Assembly: GCA_047150005.1 (NCBI GenBank)
Contig: AP038806.1
Location: 608,001 to 672,000, forward strand
Length of the DNA stretch: 64,000 bases
Source: Nitrospira sp.
GTDB taxonomy: Bacteria > Nitrospirota > Nitrospiria > Nitrospirales > Nitrospiraceae
Reading direction: 5' to 3'
Both the position numbers and the translations under genes were made by a program. Numbering within the stretch: the first letter of the stretch is position 1; the number at the start of each line of letters is the position of its first letter. The notes below the pieces were generated by a model, which saw only the letters and a program-made list of their open reading frames with translations, had not been told where the DNA came from and did no database searches. Positions 19,585-29,407 of this stretch are shown here, piece after piece.

Positions 19585-20538
19585 TCACGGAAGCTTCAGC
19601 GTAAACCAGGTAGAGAGCGCCTTCATACCGTTACGCTCGATGTTGTTGCCATCCCACACGGCGAATGCGATAGGAACAGACATACCCGCCTTGAACTGCG
19701 TGTCATTGGCATCACCCGTTTCCAGGGTGCGCTTCACGACGACACGCCAGGTTGGACCACTGTACCCGCCGCCCTTGACGGATCCGGCCGGTTCCCACAC
19801 GCCGTTTCCGATGACATCCTGGTGCGCTTGCGTCGTCAACGTGCTGAATCCGTTGGCGTTCAAATCCTCCACCGAACTCACGCGCAACGTCGGATCCGAC
19901 ATGATGTTGCCCGACCAGATACCGGGATTGAAGGGACCAAGGCTGCGCCCGATCCGGTCCGGATAGGTCACGCCGCCCGCCGGTTCTTCAAAGTAGTAAT
20001 CCCAGAAGATCCCGGGGTATTGATCGTCTACGTCCCAAATACCGGCGCTGTCCTTTCCGAGATCCTTTTGCCACTCCGCGTTCCACCGCCAGATGTTGGT
20101 GGTGCCGCCGGACTGTCCCATACACTGGAACGGCGGCGCGCCCGAGGTATTAACCGGGAACATGATCGCCACCTGGTCGCGGAAGTCCTGCGGACCGATC
20201 GTCGTGTCGTTCTTGGTCTGATCGTTCCACTCAATCCGCAATCCGAGTTCCTTGCCGTTCGACATGGACTTCACAAACACCGACTTGACGGAAATGTTCG
20301 GATGCATCGGCGTCGTGATCAACTGGCCGCTCAACGGTACGATCACACCAGGCACGCTCTCCCACAGCGGGTTCGCACCATCCATTGGGATGGGGCCCTT
20401 CACCGCCTTGGCCGGAATCGTCACCGGTTGGCTGACAGCCAAGGGTACCTGCCCAATCGTCAGCATCACGCCCACGATCAGGGCAGAGAGAAGAATGCCA
20501 AACACCACAGACTTGTTGTGTGTCTGCACTACTCTCAT
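19585..20538 (-). CDS. nxrC: Nitrite oxidoreductase gamma-subunit candidate (EB_dh heme b protein)
   Basis: Signal/anchor; IEWNDQT, FRDQVAIMFP, CMGQ, NIWRWNAEWQ, FAVWDG...GMKA; directly after a TorD-type chaperone; own terminator; biased codon use. Confidence 0.75.
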   Translation of the reverse strand: MRVVQTHNKSVVFGILLSALIVGVMLTIGQVPLAVSQPVTIPAKAVKGPIPMDGANPLWESVPGVIVPLSGQLITTPMHPNISVKSVFVKSMSNGKELGLRIEWNDQTKNDTTIGPQDFRDQVAIMFPVNTSGAPPFQCMGQSGGTTNIWRWNAEWQKDLGKDSAGIWDVDDQYPGIFWDYYFEEPAGGVTYPDRIGRSLGPFNPGIWSGNIMSDPTLRVSSVEDLNANGFSTLTTQAHQDVIGNGVWEPAGSVKGGGYSGPTWRVVVKRTLETGDANDTQFKAGMSVPIAFAVWDGNNIERNGMKALSTWFTLKLP

Positions 20539-20630
20539 GGACTATGCCCTCCTCTCAATTAAGTGATTAAAAACTATGACCCAAATGACTCCCGAGAAAC
20601 GAAAAATGACACCGGACATGAATGCGGATA

Positions 20631-21602
20631 TTACGCAGTCCCGACAGGCCCCCCCTCCTCCTTGTTTTTGTTCTTTTCCCCCGGATCCATGAAATCTTGC
20701 GCGCCCGTCTCATTCAATAACAGGCTGAGCTCATTTCCTTGATCTTGTGCACCGCATTCGTACGTCTGCCCTTCCGGAGCGTTGAACGTCGCAGGCCGAT
20801 AATCCGTTTCTGAATAGGGTTGAGGAGTCACACCGAGAAAGGCGGATTCGAAATCCATCCAGTCCGCGGTCATGTCGGCAACCAGCTTAAAGAGCCCGGA
20901 ATCGGCTTTCTTGGCCAGCATCCGGCAAAACAGAGGAACCCACCGGCCGATGTGATTCTTGACGAACTTCTTCTGCGCTTCCACGACGATCTGCGTTTTG
21001 TCCGTTCCATCGTGGCAACGCGAATAGGATTCCTTGTACGCCAGAAAATGCATAAACTCAAACTCAACGCTCAAATGGTCGAGCCGCTCGTGAATATCCT
21101 TCGATAGTTCCACACCGAAGGCTTTGTAAAAGCCTGCGATGTCGCCCATGACGTGGGACTGCGCAAATACGTGGTCATTACCGAAGAGTGTCTCGTAGGG
21201 CGGGCAGTCCAAGGTGATCACATTGCTGAAGACCCGGCGATGCTCCGATTGCAGATCGGTCAGATGCCAATTGACGCATTCGGATACCACGAGCTTTTCC
21301 AACTGATCAAACTGCTTTTTCAGCTCATTCAACTTCTGCCTTGCCCGATCGCCGCCGATGCCGTCAAGCGCCTTCTCCAAGGCTTCGACGGCCGCTCGAC
21401 CATCCTCGACAAATTCGCCGCATTGTACGTAGTCGAGAAATTCGTCGTCTTCCGGGTACAACAGGCTCCAGGATACGAGAAGGTAAATCTTGCTGCGATT
21501 GAGAGCACGTTCGACGGCGGGGGAGTCTTTGATCGGCGTCGGGGTCGAGATGACGGCGGTTCCGGAGGCGGAAACATTTGGTACCGGCTGTTTACTCGTC
21601 AT
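20631..21602 (-). CDS. TorD/DmsD-family molybdoenzyme maturation chaperone
   Basis: CPPYETLF, DIAGFYKAFG, ERLDHLSVEFEFMHFL, FVKNHIGRWVP; start at ATG 21602 after GAGGAG. Confidence 0.88.
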   Translation of the reverse strand: MTSKQPVPNVSASGTAVISTPTPIKDSPAVERALNRSKIYLLVSWSLLYPEDDEFLDYVQCGEFVEDGRAAVEALEKALDGIGGDRARQKLNELKKQFDQLEKLVVSECVNWHLTDLQSEHRRVFSNVITLDCPPYETLFGNDHVFAQSHVMGDIAGFYKAFGVELSKDIHERLDHLSVEFEFMHFLAYKESYSRCHDGTDKTQIVVEAQKKFVKNHIGRWVPLFCRMLAKKADSGLFKLVADMTADWMDFESAFLGVTPQPYSETDYRPATFNAPEGQTYECGAQDQGNELSLLLNETGAQDFMDPGEKNKNKEEGGPVGTA

Positions 21603-21687
21603 ATGAAGATCAGCTCCTCGGTGTGACCTTGTACCGTGGCCTGTATTTTCCGGCATATGCGGTCAAACCTCTGGCACAAGCTCGGGT

Positions 21688-21716
21688 ATGATAGGTAATG
21701 GCTCGGGTGATGTCAA
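21688..21716 (-). promoter_or_regulatory. Sigma70-type promoter for chaperone-nxrC
   Basis: Minus strand TTGACA-N17-TATCAT. Confidence 0.7.
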
Positions 21717-21820
21717 GCACGTTCTCCCATTCGTTTGGACAAAACTTAACCGACTGAAATACCGAAATTTTCGCACCGGCTCCTTCGGTCGACTTCGCAC
21801 TCCCGTACCCGTACGACAGG

Positions 21821-22417
21821 CTAGCAAGTGCGGGACAGCAGCCTGAACGGCGCCACTCGAATCGCAATATGGTCATTGACCGTTTTACAGACCTGCTCGC
21901 AGAGACCGCATCCGACACACCTCTCCCCTGAAACCAGCAGCCGCTGTCCGTCAAAGTCCATGGACAACGCCTCGGTCGGACATTTCGAGGCACACGCATG
22001 ACAGCCTTGCGCCGCGGTGCATAAACGATGAGCGACGACCGCCATCCCCATTTGCACGTGGTCCCGATCCGGAACCGACACGAGGGCCTCCGTCCCGCAG
22101 GCCGCGATGCAGGGGAGATCCTCGCAGAGGAAACACGGCGTCTGGTCGGGAAAGATGATCGGCGTTCCGTCCTCCTGATGGAAGACGATGGCGCCGTGCG
22201 GACAAGCTTTCGCACAATCGCTGCATTTTGTGCATCGATCCAGGAACAGCGATTCGGCAACCGCTCCCGGCGGGCGCAACCAATCGGTTCTTGGAGCCGC
22301 GGCGGGTTTTTCGGGAAGTACCTCCGCATGCTTGGAGTACTCCCGCGCGGCCTTGGCGACGGACAGCACAGAGTCCTTGAGAAAATCCCGACGACCATAT
22401 TTGGGGTCAGTAGCCAT
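21821..22417 (-). CDS. NapF/NapG/MauM-like multi-[4Fe-4S] ferredoxin
   Basis: RRDFLK, LRPPGA, CTKCSDCAKAC, CFLCEDLPCIAAC, CHACASKC, CVGCGLCEQVC. Confidence 0.88.
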   Translation of the reverse strand: MATDPKYGRRDFLKDSVLSVAKAAREYSKHAEVLPEKPAAAPRTDWLRPPGAVAESLFLDRCTKCSDCAKACPHGAIVFHQEDGTPIIFPDQTPCFLCEDLPCIAACGTEALVSVPDRDHVQMGMAVVAHRLCTAAQGCHACASKCPTEALSMDFDGQRLLVSGERCVGCGLCEQVCKTVNDHIAIRVAPFRLLSRTC

Positions 22418-22446
22418 GAGACAGCAGACCGAGGTTCCTTCTTTCT

Positions 22447-23445
22447 TTACAGCACGCCGTCCGCACGGAGCTTGTACACTTCTACGCACCGGTCACAGGC
22501 GCCGAATTCGACGTCCCACCCCGGATGATTTTCCCGGATGAAATCCAGCACGTAGGCTTCCATCTTATTTCCCAGGTCCTCCACCCACGAGTACGTCGGG
22601 AAACGACAGAGCGGGCAAGGGAACCCGGGCATCAACATGACCTTGTTTTCGGTTTCCGGCACTTCCCCGCCTTCGACATCCACTGCACGATCCATTACCC
22701 GCAACGTATCAGTCGCCATTTCGATCAATTCGGAATGGGTGAAGAACCCCGTTTGCCACAAACCTTCGAATACGGATTTCAATTGAGGTGCGGGAATCTT
22801 TCGATACCAGGACCGAAACTCCTTGAAGCGATCCTCCTTCCGAAGCATCGGTTCCTTGCTTGTCGCTACCAGTCGGCTGTCGACGCTCAAGCTCCACAGC
22901 ACGCGGTACCGTTGGAGAATCAACGTTTCCTCTCCGGGGTTCTGACCGACCTTTGTATCGGGATCATAACCGAACTGCGGGCTCAGCATGTCCGAGATGT
23001 GCATCAGCTCATGCCGGCAGTAGCGGGTGAGCGCGGGATCGTAGAACCGACGGGGAATGAGCTTGATGCCGACCCCCTTCAACCCTTTCTCCTCAAACCG
23101 CTTGGCCAATTCGTGTTCGACCGAGCCCCACTTGCGAAGAATGTCGACGCCTTCCTGGTCTTCTTTGAGCACGCCCTTGACTAGGACGATCCCGACCTGA
23201 TCCTTGAGAACCGGGTATTCATCGAAGGCGTCCCTGATGATGTCGGAAAAACCCCACGTCCCGAACAAGTATTGATATAGCTTCTTGAATTCACTCTCGC
23301 GGTCGTCCAGCGTGAACTTCTCGTAGATCGGATCCGCCAGCTCATGGAATTCTTTATAATAGGTGGGATCTCCTTCCCGTTCGGTCTTCTCCACAAAGGA
23401 ATCGATAACTTCCTGCAACAAGGCTGGCTGAAAGCGAAGTTCCAT
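22447..23445 (-). CDS. Hypothetical protein with HExxH motif and C-terminal Cys4 site
   Basis: RHELMH; CPLC...CDRC; protein-like codon use. Confidence 0.8.
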   Translation of the reverse strand: MELRFQPALLQEVIDSFVEKTEREGDPTYYKEFHELADPIYEKFTLDDRESEFKKLYQYLFGTWGFSDIIRDAFDEYPVLKDQVGIVLVKGVLKEDQEGVDILRKWGSVEHELAKRFEEKGLKGVGIKLIPRRFYDPALTRYCRHELMHISDMLSPQFGYDPDTKVGQNPGEETLILQRYRVLWSLSVDSRLVATSKEPMLRKEDRFKEFRSWYRKIPAPQLKSVFEGLWQTGFFTHSELIEMATDTLRVMDRAVDVEGGEVPETENKVMLMPGFPCPLCRFPTYSWVEDLGNKMEAYVLDFIRENHPGWDVEFGACDRCVEVYKLRADGVL

Positions 23446-23615
23446 GGCGTTCCCCAATCTCGAAATGAGCCTTGACCGCGGCTTGACTTGACGACCGGGC
23501 TTCTCTTACGATCGTCAACGTTGAAAGGGAAATTATACTGACCTAAAACGACGATTTGCAATCGAGCCGGCCGCCGGCCGGCCCACGAACCACCTCATCA
23601 CGATCGGGTATTTTC

Positions 23616-24695
23616 ATGGCTGAACAAAGTCCTGCTTCTACTGTTCCGGCGCCGGCTTCACAGCATCCCAGCATCGACTTCCTGGAATATTGGACCACGG
23701 GAGCCAGAGAGGTGAAAACCTTCCGCGGACACTCGCACGGAATTTGGTCTGTCGCGTTTGCCCCGGATGCGCTCACGTTGGCCAGCGCCGGTGTGGACCG
23801 TCTCGTCCGCATCTGGGACATCGAAACCGGACGGCTCCTTCGTTCCCTCCGCGGCCACACCAACGACATCAGGGCCGTGGCGTTCACGCCGGACGGGCAG
23901 ACCTTGGCGACCGGAAGCGAAGACCGGACGATCAGATTGTGGAACCCCAAGACGGGCGAGCCGCTGAAACTCCTCTTCAGCCGATATGATCACAATGTCT
24001 GCAGTCTTTCCCTGTCACCGGACGGCTTGATGCTGGCGCGCGGCAGCCATAACAAGGACATCAAGATTTGGGAAGTCACGACCGGAACCGAACTGATGAC
24101 CCTGCTGGGTAAGGATCAGTACGATCACCATTGGTCGGTCTGTGTGACCTTTTCTCCCGACGGCATCCACCTGGCCAGCGGAACGGACATCGGCAAGATC
24201 AAGATCTGGGAGGTACTGCCCAGCGGGGAGGAAAAAGTCCTTCATAACGGGCACTGGAAAGAGGACGAAGAAGACTGCACCGAAACGCGGGGATACTTCA
24301 TCGAAGACGATGGTGGATTCCAAAAGCCGATGGACTACTGGATCGGGGCCATGACGTTCACTCCGGACGGCAAATATCTGATCACAGGCAGCCGGGACCA
24401 GACGATCAAGATATTCGGGGTGCCGCAGGCTCTCGAACACCGGACGCTCCGGGGACATACCGGCTGGGTACGAACGCTGGCGGTGACGCCGGACGGCAAG
24501 GTACTCATCAGCGGAGGCGACGACAATACCATCCGATTCTGGGATCTGGCGACCGGTCGTTGCTTCCGAACCATCAAGACGCATACAGGCGGCGTTCGCT
24601 GCGTCGCGCTCTCTCCGGACGGCCTCTCGCTTGCCAGTGCGTCATGGGACCGAACCGTGAAGCTGTGGAGCGGGGGCCCGGAGCCCGCCGAGTAG
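23616..24695 (+). CDS. WD40-repeat protein
   Basis: About seven GH...V..V.F.PDG..LASGS.D.TI.LW repeats; start at ATG 23616. Confidence 0.92.
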   Translation: MAEQSPASTVPAPASQHPSIDFLEYWTTGAREVKTFRGHSHGIWSVAFAPDALTLASAGVDRLVRIWDIETGRLLRSLRGHTNDIRAVAFTPDGQTLATGSEDRTIRLWNPKTGEPLKLLFSRYDHNVCSLSLSPDGLMLARGSHNKDIKIWEVTTGTELMTLLGKDQYDHHWSVCVTFSPDGIHLASGTDIGKIKIWEVLPSGEEKVLHNGHWKEDEEDCTETRGYFIEDDGGFQKPMDYWIGAMTFTPDGKYLITGSRDQTIKIFGVPQALEHRTLRGHTGWVRTLAVTPDGKVLISGGDDNTIRFWDLATGRCFRTIKTHTGGVRCVALSPDGLSLASASWDRTVKLWSGGPEPAE

Positions 24696-24713
24696 AAAGC
24701 CGACCACCTCGCA

Positions 24714-26162
24714 CTATCCTTCCTCTTCCTCGGCGTCCTCCCTGGCCGACGGGATGCCGTAGCGTTTGCATTTCTCCAAGAGAGCCTTGCGGGAGAGACC
24801 GAGGATCTTCGACGCAGTGGTTCGGTTGCCCTCGACACGCTCCAGCACGGAAATAATGTGGTTCTTCTCGAACTCTTCCCGAGCGGCGGACAGGGACGTC
24901 AGCGGGACGTCTTTGGACTTGCTCCCAACCGATAGTCCTTCATGACAGAAACCGCAGGATTCTTGCGGCACCCCTCCCGTGAACGGACAGGACGGAAACT
25001 CGCAAAGATCGGCCGGCTGGATCATCTCATGATCGCGCCCGGATGCCACGCTCCGTTCAATGATCTTTTCGAGTTCCCGCACGTTGCCAGGAAATGAATA
25101 CCGCAGCAAGAGATCGCGAGCTGACGGTGAAAAGCCCTTTGACTTCTTGTTCATCCGGGCGGAGCAGGCTTGGAGGAGGTGCTCCGCGATGACCATGATG
25201 TCCTCCGAACGCTGCCTCAACGGGGGCAGGACGACCTGCGCCGCGCCGAGCCATCGATACAGATCCTCGCGGAAGCGCCCCTTCTCGACTTCCTGGGCCA
25301 GATCGACGCGCGTGGCCCCGACGAGACGGACATCTACCTCGATCGACTCGCGGCCTCCCACACGTTCGAATTTTCGTTCCTGCAGCTGCCGGAGCAACTT
25401 GTCCTGAATACCGAGCGGGATTTCACCGATTTCGTCGAGAAACAATGTCCCTCGGTGCGCCAGTTCGAAACGTCCTCTTCGCTGCCGTAAAGCTCCCGCG
25501 AATGCGCCTTTTTCATGGCCGAAGAGGTCGGCCTCGAGCACGGCTTCCGACAATGTCCCACAGCTGACCTTGATCAACGGATGATGATTGCGGGGGCTGT
25601 TCTGGTGGATGGCGTTGGCGACCAATTCCTTTCCTGTTCCGCTCTCTCCCACAATCAGAATGGGCGAATCCGACCCCGCCGCCGTTCTGACCTTGTCCAA
25701 CACCGCCCGCATCTGGCTGTTGGTCCCGAGGATTCCTCCGAACCAGAACTGGTCATCGGGAGTCTCTTTGAACTCCTCAGTCTCGCGGCGAAGCTTGACG
25801 ACCCGTCCCACCCGCTCTACGATGAGCAGCAATTCCTCCATCTGAAACGGCTTGGTGATGTAGTCGAACGCGCCGAGCTTCATGGCTCCCACGGCGGTTT
25901 CAACCGATCCGTGCGCGGTGATGACGACGACTTCGGTTTCCGGCGCCGTTTCTTTTGTCGCCTTGAGAACCGCCAGGCCGTCGGCGCCGGGCAGTCGCAA
26001 GTCCGTGATGACGAGATCAAATGTCTTCTGGCGGAGCACCTCGATCCCTTCCGTCCCTGTGGCTGCCGCGCGAACCTCATACCCCACGGCCCCCATGGCA
26101 TCCACCATTGAGAGACGCATGAGCGGTTCGTCATCCACCAGCAAGATGGTGAGCCCCTTCAT
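24714..26162 (-). CDS. NtrC-family response regulator (REC-AAA+-HTH) with atypical motifs
   Basis: REC (LVDDE, TDLRLP, TKPF), Walker A GESGTGKE, FLDEIGE, PGNVRELE, Fis-type HTH; GAFAGA instead of GAFTGA. Confidence 0.93.
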   Translation of the reverse strand: MKGLTILLVDDEPLMRLSMVDAMGAVGYEVRAAATGTEGIEVLRQKTFDLVITDLRLPGADGLAVLKATKETAPETEVVVITAHGSVETAVGAMKLGAFDYITKPFQMEELLLIVERVGRVVKLRRETEEFKETPDDQFWFGGILGTNSQMRAVLDKVRTAAGSDSPILIVGESGTGKELVANAIHQNSPRNHHPLIKVSCGTLSEAVLEADLFGHEKGAFAGALRQRRGRFELAHRGTLFLDEIGEIPLGIQDKLLRQLQERKFERVGGRESIEVDVRLVGATRVDLAQEVEKGRFREDLYRWLGAAQVVLPPLRQRSEDIMVIAEHLLQACSARMNKKSKGFSPSARDLLLRYSFPGNVRELEKIIERSVASGRDHEMIQPADLCEFPSCPFTGGVPQESCGFCHEGLSVGSKSKDVPLTSLSAAREEFEKNHIISVLERVEGNRTTASKILGLSRKALLEKCKRYGIPSAREDAEEEEG

Positions 26163-29100
26163 GACGCCCTTTCCACGAGCGAACGATCCCTCGACAAGGG
26201 CAAGCAGAGAGTGAAGGTCGTCCCCCTGCCCACTTCACTGTCGACGAGAATCTTCCCGCCGTGACGCTCGACGATGCCCAAACTCACAGACAACCCCAGT
26301 CCCGTCCCCTCTCCCTCCCCTTTGGTCGTAAAGAAGGGGTCAAAGATACGGGACAGCACGGCTGGGGCGATTCCCGACCCAGTGTCGGACACCTCGACCA
26401 GACAGACCCCTTCCGTAACGGAGGTACGAATTGTCAACATCCCGCCGCCTTTCATCGCTTGAACGGCGTTAAGAACCAGATTCATGAGCACCTGCTCGAT
26501 CATATGCCGGTCGATCATCAGACCCGGCAGCGCGGAACCGAGCACGGTTTCCAAAACGATGCGATTGGACGCGAACAGATGGCTCGTGAGCACCAGCACC
26601 CGATCGACCACCTGATTGATGTCCGTCAAGCTGTATTCCGGGTCGTGCTGCTGGGAAAAATCGAGCAACTGCCTGACAATCTTCTGCACCCGTCGTACGC
26701 CGTCCTCCATCGATGCCCAGTATTCCTCCTGCCGGGTCGGCGACAGCGCCCCTTTGCGCAGGTTGTACAGACAGTTCAGAATCCCGGCGAGAGGGTTATT
26801 GATTTCATGCGCCACTCCGGCAGCCAATTTCCCCACCGAAGCCAGCTTCTCGGAGTTGCGGATCTGCTGTTCAAGGCGTTTGGTTTCCGTCATATCGCGC
26901 GCAATGCCGAGCACGCCGAGAATTTCGCCGTCAGCCCCATGAAGCGGAGACACGCTGACGGTCGCCGTGCGAGTCTCCCCCAAGCGGGTCACTACCTCGA
27001 CTTCGTAGACTTGCTTCGCGCCGATATCCAGCGTGTTCTTTAGCCGGCGTCCCCGATGCCGCCTGGAGAGAAGCGACAAGTAGGGCCGCCCCAACAGATC
27101 ATCCTTTCGATAGCCCCACACGGTGACCTTGCTGTTGACATACGTGAATCGTTGGTCCGTATCGAGCGTATAAATCACGTCGTTCGCGTTCTCAAGCAGA
27201 TTCTCCAAATACTGTTTGGTCTGCTCGATCTCCCTCGTCCGTTCCTTGACCTTGGTTTCGAGCTCTTCCCGATAGGTCTGCAGCTGACGCTCAAGTTTCT
27301 TTCTGTCGGTGATATCCCGCAATTGGACCATGACCAACAGATGATCTGGACTTCCGACTTGAATCAGATCCATTTCTACCGGCGTTTCCACCCCGGCGGC
27401 GTTATACACCGTGATCTCCTGAGTGGGAACCTTTTGCTGGCCCGTGTTGATGTCGTCCAACCATCGTCGCAGCAGTCCCCGATAGGCTTCGAGTGCGACC
27501 TCGAAAATACTGCGCCCGACGATATACGGTTCCGCATATCCGAGCGCCTGCTCCTCGCGTTTATTGACCGAGACGATCATGCCGCCGGGGTCCACCATGA
27601 ACACCGAATCGGCGACGAGATCGAAAAGGGCCTTGTACCGGGCCTGCGAGGCCACCAGTTGCTTGGTGCGCTCGGTCACGGCCTGTTCGAGTTTCGACGT
27701 ATATTGTTGGAGCTCCTGTTCGAGACGGTGCCGTTCGGTGACGTCACGCACGAACGCACGAGAATGCACGAGTCCGCCTCGCTCTTGATCGAACAAGGCG
27801 GTCGCATGGATCTCCACATCGATCGGATGGCCGTCTTTGGCCAGCAAGACCGTTTCCATCGTCGTCTGTCCCTGCGATACCAGCCGTTCGAGGTATTGTA
27901 ACACCCGGGTGGCCTGCCCTTGCGGCACCAGATCCCAGAGCTTCATCGCCAACATTTCATCCAATTGAAAGCCCAACTTGTCCAACCCCGTCTTGTTGAC
28001 GTGAACGAATTGGCCGCTCCGGTCCAACTGGTAGATCATCTCCGGCGAGTGCTCGATGAGGTCGCGGTACTTCTCTTCCAGCCTGCGTACTTCGACCACC
28101 CGCTGCTCGATCTGACCGAATGAACGCTGAAGATTCTCGGCCATCTCGTTGAACGCACCCGCAAGGCCTTCAATCTCATCGCCGGTCTTCAGTGCCAGCC
28201 GTCTCTCCAGCCGTCCGCTGCCCAATTCCCGCGCTCCCTCGTGCAGCAGCTTGATCGGCCTGACGATACGACGGGCCGCCAACAAGCCCGTCCCCCACAG
28301 CACCGCCAACACCACCAATCCATACAGCAGAACCTTGGCGACAAGGTCCGCGAGCGGGGCGAAGGTCTCCCTTGGATCCTGCCGGATGACGGTAATCCAC
28401 TGTTTGCCCCCGATGCTGCCGGTCGCAAGCCGGTCACTGAACCGGACCGGCGCAAATCCGATCAAGGCATTATGGCTCCCGTGAGAATCATCCGAGGCCA
28501 CGGCCCAACCGGCCTTCAGCGTCTGGAGCGTCTGGATAAGTTCGGGTTTCACGGTATGCTCTTCCGCGGAGAGAATCGGGCAAATCAGCGGAACTCCGTC
28601 CGAGCTGAACAACATGGCATGCCCTGTCATGCCGATGGAGACCTCGGCGATGGAATGAAACAAGGTGTCCCGGCGCAACAGAATCGTGACGGCTCCGATG
28701 ACCGCCCGTTGTTGATCGTCAACGATGGGAGCCGCGACGACGACGACATGGGTGCCGAAGGAGGGGTCGAAGGCGATCTCTCCGACATAGGGTTGACGAG
28801 TTCCTCCCTTCACCACGGCCTGCCACCAGCCGGTCTTGCCGTAAAAGTACTCCACCTGGGGAATGGAACTCACGACCAGCGCCCCCTGCACGTCGGTGAC
28901 CAGAATGCCCACGTAATCCGCTTTCCGGATGTCGTGCCACCGGATCAGGTAGTTCGTCACGATCCGATTGATGAAGAGCGGAAATTCGCTCCGCTTGTCC
29001 CGTTGCTTCCATCGCTGCTGCCAATCCTTGATGACGTCCTGAATGTGCCGTGCATCCTTTCCTTCGTACGTCCGATTGGCTTCCGCCACCGCCGTGCGCA

Positions 29101-29338
29101 GGAACGGCGTCGTCGCCAGCTGTTGCGCCTCGTTCATGCCGCGGCTGACATGCATTTCTATCCGCCGGGCTGCTTCGACGGCGACTTCTTTGAAGTTTGT
29201 ACCGGTTGTCTCGCGCAGGGCGCGGCGTTCTTCCAGATAGGTCAACGCGAGCAGGAAAGTGAGAGGCAGAAATCCGACCATCACGATCGCCGTGATGATC
29301 TTGTGCTGGAGACTGTAAGACCGACTCCAGAATTTCAT
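26159..29338 (-). CDS. Sensor histidine kinase (Cache-like periplasmic domain, HAMP, three PAS, HisKA, HATPase)
   Basis: Two TM helices, HAMP (DEIEGLAGAFNEM), three PAS, AHEINNPL, QVLMNLVLNA, DPFFTTK, GTGLGL; overlaps the regulator start (ATGA). Confidence 0.95.
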   Translation of the reverse strand: MKFWSRSYSLQHKIITAIVMVGFLPLTFLLALTYLEERRALRETTGTNFKEVAVEAARRIEMHVSRGMNEAQQLATTPFLRTAVAEANRTYEGKDARHIQDVIKDWQQRWKQRDKRSEFPLFINRIVTNYLIRWHDIRKADYVGILVTDVQGALVVSSIPQVEYFYGKTGWWQAVVKGGTRQPYVGEIAFDPSFGTHVVVVAAPIVDDQQRAVIGAVTILLRRDTLFHSIAEVSIGMTGHAMLFSSDGVPLICPILSAEEHTVKPELIQTLQTLKAGWAVASDDSHGSHNALIGFAPVRFSDRLATGSIGGKQWITVIRQDPRETFAPLADLVAKVLLYGLVVLAVLWGTGLLAARRIVRPIKLLHEGARELGSGRLERRLALKTGDEIEGLAGAFNEMAENLQRSFGQIEQRVVEVRRLEEKYRDLIEHSPEMIYQLDRSGQFVHVNKTGLDKLGFQLDEMLAMKLWDLVPQGQATRVLQYLERLVSQGQTTMETVLLAKDGHPIDVEIHATALFDQERGGLVHSRAFVRDVTERHRLEQELQQYTSKLEQAVTERTKQLVASQARYKALFDLVADSVFMVDPGGMIVSVNKREEQALGYAEPYIVGRSIFEVALEAYRGLLRRWLDDINTGQQKVPTQEITVYNAAGVETPVEMDLIQVGSPDHLLVMVQLRDITDRKKLERQLQTYREELETKVKERTREIEQTKQYLENLLENANDVIYTLDTDQRFTYVNSKVTVWGYRKDDLLGRPYLSLLSRRHRGRRLKNTLDIGAKQVYEVEVVTRLGETRTATVSVSPLHGADGEILGVLGIARDMTETKRLEQQIRNSEKLASVGKLAAGVAHEINNPLAGILNCLYNLRKGALSPTRQEEYWASMEDGVRRVQKIVRQLLDFSQQHDPEYSLTDINQVVDRVLVLTSHLFASNRIVLETVLGSALPGLMIDRHMIEQVLMNLVLNAVQAMKGGGMLTIRTSVTEGVCLVEVSDTGSGIAPAVLSRIFDPFFTTKGEGEGTGLGLSVSLGIVERHGGKILVDSEVGRGTTFTLCLPLSRDRSLVERAS

Positions 29339-29407
29339 GAACGTGTCTGCCTATGCGAGAGACCGTCCGACTCTGCCCGAGGGCAGCTTGTTCACTGCCG
29401 CTCAAAC

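Noticed and set aside
24941..24957. CGFCH as a heme c site in the response regulator
   Set aside because: The protein is cytoplasmic with no export signal, so cytochrome c maturation is implausible; treated as a metal-binding motif
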